From NCBI GenBank assembly GCA_964636435.1, contig CAZWRS010000005.1, positions 1 through 49,648 of the forward strand: a DNA stretch of 49,648 nucleotides, in the 5' to 3' direction. Under the pieces are notes generated by a model. The model was given only the letters and a program-made list of their open reading frames with translations, did no database searches and was not told the DNA's origin. This stretch comes from an uncultured Candidatus Saccharibacteria bacterium. Lineage in GTDB: Bacteria > Patescibacteriota > Saccharimonadia > Saccharimonadales > JAGQNK01. Below are positions 49,516 to 49,648 of the stretch, one piece after another (position 1 is the stretch's first letter; every line of letters begins with the position of its first letter). Position numbers and translations under genes: made by a program.

Positions 49516-49648
49516 GCGCTGATAATACCATGCGTAACTATAGTGAACTTACCGTAACCATATGCATACGCGCAGGTACCAAAAGCTAGCAAAAACGCTG
49601 ATTTGCTCGAAGTTTTCTAGAGGTCATGCTCTTACTTAAATTTGGTGC

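Overview
Chromosomal window from a Patescibacteria (CPR) bacterium, most likely Saccharibacteria/TM7. This is inferred from the compact gene packing, the Cys-free L32 and LigA, the cyoABCDE island and the many basic-N-terminus/TM-anchored hypothetical proteins. TGA is used as a stop (code 11). From left to right: (1) a defence-island-like block, 1-6450, with a QatABCD operon (qatA runs off the left edge), a multi-Zn-ribbon protein, a possibly frameshifted PD-(D/E)xK nuclease and palindromic repeats; (2) surface/envelope genes (GH16-Ig-Ig-FN3, a TM-anchored LppX/LolA-like protein, LCP); (3) a stress/dormancy-like cluster, 11.4-18.5 kb, with an F420-type LLM oxidoreductase, PGPGW, DUF2795, a 22-mer repeat protein, CHASE kinase plus receiver, a Crp/Fnr regulator and a GlsB-like protein, where four Crp-type boxes sit at class II activator spacing from -10 elements; (4) an oxygen/respiration island, 18.5-27.6 kb, with cyoABCDE, DoxX, an FAD D-2-hydroxyacid dehydrogenase, NDH-2 and sodN/sodX; (5) housekeeping genes (trmD, khpA, rpsP, rnc, NUDIX, nusB, rpmF, leuS, aminotransferase-ddl-murF, tRNA-Ala, ligA, htpX, lemA); (6) a phage tail-like fragment behind tRNA-Cys/tRNA-Leu, then surface and hypothetical genes and a NUDIX. 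Family assignments come from motif recognition only; no database searches were run.
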